Shown here: one piece after another, positions 55,702 to 64,000 of the stretch
Position numbering within the stretch: position 1 is the first letter of the stretch
Layout of the letters: each line of letters begins with the position of its first letter
DNA from: Anolis carolinensis
Taxonomy: Eukaryota
Assembly: GCF_035594765.1 (NCBI RefSeq)
Contig: NC_085846.1
Coordinates: 9,535,190-9,599,189 of the forward strand
Reading direction: 5' to 3'
Length of the DNA stretch: 64,000 bases
Position numbers and translations under genes: made by a program
Notes under the pieces: generated by a model
What the model saw: only the letters and a program-made list of their open reading frames with translations
Told to the model about the DNA's origin: nothing
Database searches by the model: none

Positions 55702-57033
55702 AATGACGTATTGTTTTTAGAAGGCTGGTCTGTTGTCATCTGTGCCTTTTCTGTCTCACACAGACACCCACCTGGGGGCATTTCACGCAAAATAGAGGTA
55801 TTTTTCAGCTGCAACATCACACAGGACTGCTGGGTCAAAGGCTCAAAAGCCTAGTTTTAAATATACCCTCTTTCCCGGAAAATAGGACCTAACCGGAACA
55901 TGCTTTTTCAGGATGCTCGTAATATACTAGTAAGCGCCGCTACCCCAAAAATAAGCTCCAGTTAAGATTGTCAGCCAGCTAAACACATGTAGTAGGTCTG
56001 TTGCAATACATGAATGAACCCTCTTCATCCTGGAAAAGAACTCTCTGCCCTGGAGTGTGGTGGAGGCTTTTAAACAGGCTGGATGGCCATTTGTGGGCAA
56101 ACTTGGGCCCTCCAGATGTTTTGGACTTCCAACTCCCACCATTTCTAACTGCCTCAGGCCCTTTCCTTTTCCCCCTCAGCCGCTTAAGCGGCTGAGGGGG
56201 AAAAGGAAGGGGCCTGAGGCTGTTAGGAATGGTGGGAGTTGATGTTGCCATTTTAATATGCCCTTGGTGTATAATGGGACTTGAGCTTTGAAACAAATCC
56301 TTAGTAGGTGTATTATAAAACCAGCTTTGACGCAAAGGTAGTGCGACATCCTACATCCACTCCCATGGTAATATGCACATTTGTCGTGGAACGGCATGAA
56401 GTGATGTTGCATCAAGCAGACACATGCCTTCCAAAAGTGGATCACAAGGAAACTAATCCTGAATGGCAGTTGCTCCCACGCTTCTCGTAAGCCTCATCTC
56501 TGCATTGACTTGGGGACCTATTCGTGTTACATAATAATAGTGCTTTTAGCCATGTTATCCATTCTATGAGATCCTGGGATTGGTAGCTTAGGAAAGGGTG
56601 TGTTAGAATCCTCAGCCAGTGCTCTAATATCTCACCAAAGTACAAATCCCTTGATACCATGGGATGGAGCTGTGTAGTATATTTCCAGAGTGAATGCATT
56701 ACAAGGTCAGTATAAGATTTATAACTTAGTCTAACATTTATAAATTATACTTTTCCTCCAGTGGCTTACATAACTAGCCATCAAAATGTCTGATCTTCAA
56801 TGTGTGTACATTGTCAGGTTGCATATCAAACAAAGAATTTATTTGAATATAGAAGCTGCTATCTTGGAGACTGAATTTCTTTACTATGATTGACATTGGC
56901 CTAAGATTTCACACAGCTCCAGGAATAATATGGACTTGGTTGTCTCTCTATTATTTACTCTTTGAATATTATACCCTTTGTTGGATTATTACATGGAAAT
57001 TGTAACTTTACTTTTGATATTCTGAAAGTAATT

Positions 57034-57277
57034 TCTTTATATATATAAAAGGGTAATGAAATTTCAGCCTAGGACAAAACAACAAAACTACACATCCCAG
57101 AAACACTAAACTTGGCAGCACAACCCCTCATCCATGCTTCTACGTTCATACAACAAAAAGCTCCAGCTACTCCAGAAAACGGCCAGGCTTTGAGACTGCA
57201 AGGCTATTCACTGCTATTCCACCTGGCCAACAAAGGATTCCCATAAGCCACAGCAACGCGTGGCCGGGCACAGCTAG
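57034..57277 (+). mobile_element. Non-autonomous Helitron
   Basis: 5' TC-TTTATATATATAAAA; 3' GCCAC..GTGGC hairpin then CTAG|T. Confidence 0.7.
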
Positions 57278-57544
57278 TATGTAATATAGTTTGAAGTAAC
57301 TTACACTCAGGTAAAGTTGTAGAAACCAGATTTGTGTTACATTCCTTGTGAGTTACACAAGAGTTTACATTGACGACTCCATACATTTCATAGGGCTTCC
57401 TAAGCAAGGAATACTCAGGTGGTTTTGCCCATTCCTTCCTCTGAGATGCACCCTAAAGCACCTGGGATTTGTCTCCCATGCAAGTGGGAGACAAGCTAAA
57501 CTGACCCTGCTTAGCTTCCAAGATGCGACAGGAGCAGGCATCTT

Positions 57545-58303
57545 TAGGACTTACAGACCAAGACTTACAAAACCCACAAAGAAAATCCAACAAATGCTAT
57601 GTTCAGCAAAGGACAAGAGGGATCCTCTCACCTCTGTAGGAGTCTACCATATATTATGCAGCTGTAGACAAGTCTACATAGGGAACACCAAACTCAGCAT
57701 TGCCCAAACAAGAATCAAGGAACATGAGAGGCACTGCAGACTAACTCAACCAGAGAAGTCAGCTGTAGCGGAGCACTTAATGAACCAACCTGGACACAGC
57801 ATGTTATTTGAGAACACAGAAATGCTTGACCACTCGAACAACCACCATGTCAGACTACACAGAGAAGCCACTGAAATCCACAAACATGTTGACAATGAAA
57901 ATAAACAAAATCTGGCTACCAGTATTTTAAAAAGACCTCTAACATCAGGCCAGTAAATAAATAACAACACTCAGAAGATTGGAGAATTCCAGACATTAAA
58001 CTATCAGAGCCAGCTAACACCACCCAACAAAGGATTCCCGCAGGCAGGAAGAAACCAGACTTTGAAGCTGCAAGGCTATTCAATGCTAATCAAGCTGGCC
58101 AAATGCACCATTCACACTTGCCTCAAGCAGACAAGAGTTCTTTCTCTCACCCTGGACATCATTCCACAGATATATGAACCTCACTGACCTAGTTTCCAAT
58201 ATACCTCACAACCTCTGAGGATGCCTGCCATAGATGGGGCAAAACCTCAGGAGAGAATATTTCTGGGACATGGCCAAACAGCCCAGAAAACTCACAGCAA
58301 CAC
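57545..58303 (+). mobile_element. Penelope-like element, GIY-YIG endonuclease end
   Basis: GVYHILCSCRQVYIGNT...RIKEH motif. Confidence 0.88.
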
Positions 58304-59254
58304 AAAACATAGCATGTTTGACAGCTTAAGAAAAGTGAACATGGGTCAAATCCCAGTCTGACTACAAACTACTAGACCATCCTTCAGCACATGGTTTGCA
58401 TTTACAGGCACTGGTCCTGTAGCCAAACACATGGATAGTGGAGGCTTTACTTCAACTAATTAGAAGGAGTTTCCAACCTGATCTTTATCCACATCCCTTC
58501 AGTTGCATATGGAGGTCAAGATTACTGGATATCTTTTTGCTCTTCAAAATTCAGTTAAGACAGTGAACTCAGGCCCTCTCCACACAGCTGTATAAAATCC
58601 ACATTGAACTGGAATACGTGGCAGTGTGGACTCAGATAACCCAGTTCAACGCAGATATTGTGGATTATCTGCCTGGATATTCTGGGTTATATGGCTGTGT
58701 GGAAAGGCCCTCAGTTAACAAGAGTGCATCTACAGTGCATGGTTCCAAGTACCTGAAATTTTTATTTTGTTATTGCTGTAATGCTCTCCTTATTGATTTC
58801 TCATTTTCAGACATTTGTTAAATGTGTAGTCACTGCATTCATGCTGGATTGTAGCCAGAGTTAAATTCCTTTAGTTAAATCCTACTGTCAACAATGGGAC
58901 AAGTCATTTTGTACGTGCGGAATATCCTTCCTTTCCACGACTTAATTTCATTTTTCAAACCACCGGCAGCCCATACATAATTCCGAACTCTTCTCTCACC
59001 AAACAAACAAACATAATCCTATAAGGATTTACTGAAAATCTGATTCCATCCGGGGAGATTTGCCATTGGGAAAAAAGCGCGCGTAAAATCCTATGGGAGG
59101 AAGGCAAGAAAGGCTCCCAAGAGTGTCTTTGTTTCAGCGAGAGCGCTAATTGGCTCATTTGAAATGTGCTCTCCGTCTTGGATAGGATAACACTCTTTTG
59201 GCGCCTGAACACAGTAAAGCGGAAGGAGTCGGGAGGGAGAGGGGGGTGTTCCGT

Positions 59255-59289
59255 GGTTTTCATTCTGGTCCGACTTCTTTCTATTTAAA
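59255..59289 (+). promoter_or_regulatory. H4 site II (HINFP element) and TATA
   Basis: GGTTTTCATTCTGGTCCGA then TATTTAAA. Confidence 0.8.
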
Positions 59290-59317
59290 GGCTGGCCTCC
59301 GCTGCTGTAAATCGTAA

Positions 59318-59656
<339 letters not shown>

Positions 59657-59695
59657 GGAGTTCCCTTGAAACCCAGATTTCTCCAAAAAGTGATC

Positions 59696-59742
59696 TCAAC
59701 GGCCCTTTTAAGGGCCACCCACACTTTCAAGGAAAGAGCAGT
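59696..59742 (+). terminator. Histone 3' stem-loop and U7 HDE
   Basis: GGCCCTTTTAAGGGCC-ACCCA at 59701; purine-rich GAAAGAGC downstream. Confidence 0.93.
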
Positions 59743-60194
59743 TCTCACTCATTAGCACGGATTGTAGATCTCTTACCTGGAATGGACCAAAAGTTAAGAG
59801 TGAGCTGAGAGATTTGTGATGTTTAAATTACTTTAATTGACTTGCATGTTTAATATCCGTTTTTATATTTGTGTAGCATGATTTTTAGATTGCATTGTCT
59901 TAATGTGGGTGGCTTTGTGTCTCCATCGAGAGATACAAGTGAAGTATAAGTAAAATGAGAACTTAAGGGTGAATCGCCTTTTCATATTGCTCCATTGTTC
60001 TAATGACCAGGAAGGATTGTATAGAAACTTTGAAACATGCATTTAGGCTTCTCAGTTTCAATATCTGCAATATTACAGAACAGCAACTAATAATAATACT
60101 TTATTTTTCTATCCCGCCACTATCTCCCTGAAGGGACTTGGGTGGCTAACATGGGGCCAGGCCCAAAAACAAGACATGAACAGAGTTGAAAAGT

Positions 60195-60730
60195 AAGACA
60201 CTGCCAGTATTTAAAAAAACTAAAATCAGGACAGTAAATTAAGAACAACACTCAGAAGATTGGAGAACCCTAATGTGTTGTCAAAATCCACAATCATGTA
60301 GACAATTTCAACACAAAGGAGGAAACCATGTAAACGAACAGTCTGGCTACCAGCATTAAAAAACTCTAAAATCAGGACATTAAATAAAGAACAACACTCA
60401 TAAAACAAGGGAACCCCTGACAAGAAACAATCAGGGCCAGCTAACACCTCCCAACAAAGGATTCCCCCAGACAGCAACCACCCAGGCATTGAACCTGCAA
60501 GGCCATTCAATGCTAATCAAGGTGGCCAATTGCAACATTCACACTTGCTTCAAACAGACAAGAGTTAATTCTCTCAACCTGGACTTTTTACAGATATATA
60601 AACCCCACTTGCCTAGTTCCCAACAGACCTCACAACTTCTGAGGATGCCTGCCATAGATGTGGGCGAAACGTCAGGACAGAATGCTTCTGGAACATGGCC
60701 ATATAGCTCAGAAAACTCACAGCAACCCAG
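60195..60730 (+). mobile_element. Penelope-like 3' fragment
   Basis: Shared 3' tail, partly duplicated. Confidence 0.78.
60636..60676 (+). ncRNA. Minimal type I hammerhead ribozyme motif in a Penelope 3' end
   Basis: CTGAGGA-T-GCCTGC(CATAGAT)GTGGGC-GAAA-CG-TC-AGG: core, stem II and palindromic ACGT stem III. Confidence 0.65.
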
Positions 60731-61035
60731 AAATATAAATAAAATGAGAAGTAATAGGGTGAACACATAATCTCGTCTTCTGATTCCTCAACTGTTCTAA
60801 AGACCAGAAAGGATTTTGTATAAATTTTAAAGTGAGATGTATTTACGCTTTTAAAGTCTATGACAGCTTTTTGATTAATTTCCACAATGTCTGTAATATT
60901 ACAGAACAGCAACAAATTATCAGCTAAAATCTAGCCTCATCGTCTCCACCCTCCGTCCCCTTTTCCATAATAATAGCAATAATGAAGTCTACGAAAAATT
61001 GCACTACTTCTGTCTCAAAAAGTCAAAATCAATTC

Positions 61036-61108
61036 TGCCGAAACCCGGGATCGAACCAGGGACCTTTAGATCTTCAGTCTAACGCTCTCCCAACTGAGCT
61101 ATTTCGGC
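61036..61108 (-). tRNA. tRNA-Phe(GAA)
   Basis: 73 nt GCCGAAATAGCTCAGTTGGGAGAGCGTTAGACTGAAGATCTAAAGGTCCCTGGTTCGATCCCGGGTTTCGGCA; T4/T5 Pol III terminators downstream. Confidence 0.98.
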
Positions 61109-61369
61109 TGCCATACAACACATTTTTTAACATCCAGCTTTAGAAAAGTTGTAGATTGTAAGTCTTTATAAAGTTGTTTTTAACTTCCTCGAGTTGTGTC
61201 CCTCTAAAGTAATTCCTTACGAGATTGTAAATTTATATGCAGATTAGTAAAGGAACTCGCTACTTCCACGTGTACTTCATGATAGGAAAAGCATGACACA
61301 CAGTCACGATAACAATAAAGAAAGCTCTGTGAACAGTGCTACCGTTAAGAGGAGCGGGAAACACCTCTC

Positions 61370-61573
61370 CCGCCAATACAATCTTCATCTAGCCAAGGAG
61401 AGTGAAATTAACCAATAGAAAACAAGGGGATAGAGATTCAACCAATAGGAGCGCAAGGTTTGAAGTACTGCGTTTTCTTGTCCTGATATCCAATAGTATG
61501 AGGGCGGAATGCTTTCCAACCAATAGGAAACGCTCTAGTGAATGCCTTCATTTGCATACGCGAGGTATAAATA
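61370..61573 (+). promoter_or_regulatory. H2B promoter: five CCAAT boxes, octamer, TATA
   Basis: CCAAT at ~61373, 61412, 61442, 61490, 61520; ATTTGCAT 61550; TATAAATA 61566. Confidence 0.88.
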
Positions 61574-61622
61574 CAGGGCGAGACGTTGTCTCTGGCACTC
61601 TGTTCTTTGGCTGTTGAAGTGA

Positions 61623-62021
<399 letters not shown>

Positions 62022-62055
62022 GGACCCCATCCATCCAAACGTTCCCTAAATGAAC

Positions 62056-62100
62056 CCAAAGGCTCTTTTAAGAGCCACCCACTTTTGCAACAAGAGAGCT
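62056..62100 (+). terminator. Histone 3' stem-loop and U7 HDE
   Basis: GGCTCTTTTAAGAGCC-ACCCA at 62061; AAGAGAGCT downstream. Confidence 0.93.
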
Positions 62101-62539
62101 AAAGTTACTGGAAAAATTTAGGGGTGATAAAAATGCAAACTGACAAATTCTACTCGCTATTAAATAGTATCTTGCTTTTATATCTGGAGACAGTTTCTCG
62201 GTATGTTTTCTATTCATTGGCTCAACCTGAAATTATATGTTGCCAAGGTAAGGGGTAGATCTATACACTCTTCAAAGGCATTACATTCTGTCATGCAAAC
62301 TAAGGTTTGGCAGTGGTTAAGGATGGGAGACCCAAATATGAATTCGTTTCAGAGGGAGGAATGGACCAAACCACCTCATGATTATTTGCCAGTGTAAGAA
62401 AATTCTGAAACTTTTCCCTCTTAAATACACAGCCCAGAGCAGTTAGGTTTTTAACAACTGGCTGCTAATAAGAGGCAAATGGCATGATTCACCCACCATT
62501 GCCTTGTGTCTCTTTAATAAGGAAAACTCAGAAGTACAG

Positions 62540-63612
62540 GGTGCTGTGAACTTTCCGGCTGTTTGGGTTCTAGAAGCATTCACTCCTGACGTTTCTCCCA
62601 CATCTATGGCAGGCATCCTTGAGGTTGTAAGGTCTATTTGAAACTGGGTCTATTTGAAACTAGGTCAGTTTTTTTTTCTTGTCAGGAGCGACTTGAGAAA
62701 CTGCAAGTCGCTTCTGGAGTGAGAGAATTGACCGTCTGCAAGGACGTTGCCCAGGGGACGCCTGGATGTTTTGATGTTTTTACCATCCTTGTGGGAGGCT
62801 TCTCTCATGTCCCCGCATGGAGCTGGAGCTGATAGAGGGAGCTCATCCGTGCTCTCCCCAGGTGGGATTCGAACCTGGCAGCTTGCAGATCAGCAGCCCA
62901 CCCTTCAAGTCACAAGGCTTTAACCCACTACTCCATTAGGGTCAGTGAGGTTTATATATCTGAAATGTACAGGGTTGGAGAACTCTTTGTCTGTTGGAGG
63001 AAAGTGAATGTTGCAATTAATCACCTTGAATGGCATTGAAAAGCCTTGCAATTTCAAAGCCTGGCTGCTTCCTGCCTGGGGGAATCCTTTGTTGGGAGGT
63101 GTTAACCTGGCCCTGATTGATTCATATTTGGAATTCCTCTGTTTTTTAAGTGGTGTTCTTTATTTCCTGTCCTGATTTTAGAGTATTTTTTAATACTGGT
63201 AGCTGGATTTTGTTCCTGTTCATGGTTTCCTTCTTTTCTGTTGATATTGTCCACGTGCTTGTGGATTTCAATGGCTTCTCTGTGTAGTCTGACATGGTGG
63301 TTGTTAGAGTGGTCCAGCATTTCTGTGTTCTCAAATAATATGCTGTATCCAGGTTGGTTGACCAAGTGCTCTGCTATGGCTGACTTCTCTGACTGAGTTA
63401 GTCTGCAATACCTTTCATGTTCCTTGATTCCTATTTGGACAATGCTGCTGTGTTTGGTGTTCCCTCTGTAGACTTGTCCACAACTGCATGGTATACGGTA
63501 GACTCCTGCAGAGGTGAGAGGATCCCTCTTGTCCTTTGTGTTGGATTTTCTTAGTGGGTCTGTAGATGGTTTGTAGGTTGTGTTTTTTCATCCGCTTCCT
63601 TATGCGGTCAGA
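62540..63612 (-). mobile_element. Penelope-like element with nested SINE (62680-62937)
   Basis: GIY-YIG region ORFs 63102-63615; SINE flanked by GGTCAGT. Confidence 0.85.
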
Positions 63613-64000
63613 CACCTCATGATTCTTTGCCAGTGTAAGGAAAACCTGTGAAACTTCTTCCTCTGAAATATACTGCCCACAGCAGTTAAACGTTCACCAA
63701 TCATCTACTATCGTAGTAAGCATACAAAGGCAAACTAGCATGATTCATCCACTATAGTCTTTGCTGTCTCTAATGTGACTTAAATTCATAGAAATATGGG
63801 GTTGGCCATTGGCAGGGCAGCCAACCTGAACAGAAGTATGACCAACATTAACTAACAATAATATGTATACACACATGCATATATACATATATACAATATA
63901 ATTTACAATACTATATAATATTATAATATATTGTATATGCATATAATATTAATAATATTATTTTTAATACAATATAATACTAATAATACAATATAATAAT

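Noticed and set aside
57348-57956. 202-aa ORF as a domesticated GIY-YIG gene
   Set aside because: Chance fusion of a 5S-SINE relic with a truncated Penelope fragment; no real start or promoter.

Overview
Vertebrate genomic DNA, most likely an anole or related squamate lizard, judged from the repeats (Sauria SINEs, Penelope/GIY-YIG fragments, many Tc1/pogo MITEs). The left ~24 kb holds 21 phase-consistent coding exons of RPGRIP1 on the minus strand (1093 codons; the C-terminal RPGR-interacting domain lies beyond the left edge). An intact single-coding-exon class A delta-group GPCR (GPR4/GPR65/GPR68/GPR132-like) follows at 33078-34073. Then comes a complete HNRNPC gene on the plus strand (CpG-rich promoter ~37.4-38.1 kb; C1 293 aa, C2 306 aa), followed by replication-dependent histone H4 and H2B genes flanking a tRNA-Phe(GAA). 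The most interesting items are: (1) the GPCR's rewired Na+ pocket (N2.50, K3.39, D7.45, D7.49); (2) a candidate uAUG 'poison' cassette exon in the HNRNPC 5' UTR; (3) no GT donor at the homologous end of the HNRNPC leucine-zipper exon; (4) a stop-free, in-frame last HNRNPC intron that echoes exon sequence; (5) Penelope-borne minimal hammerhead ribozymes; (6) a Helitron carrying a Penelope fragment. Gene models were read by eye from splice signals and recalled protein homology; no searches were run.
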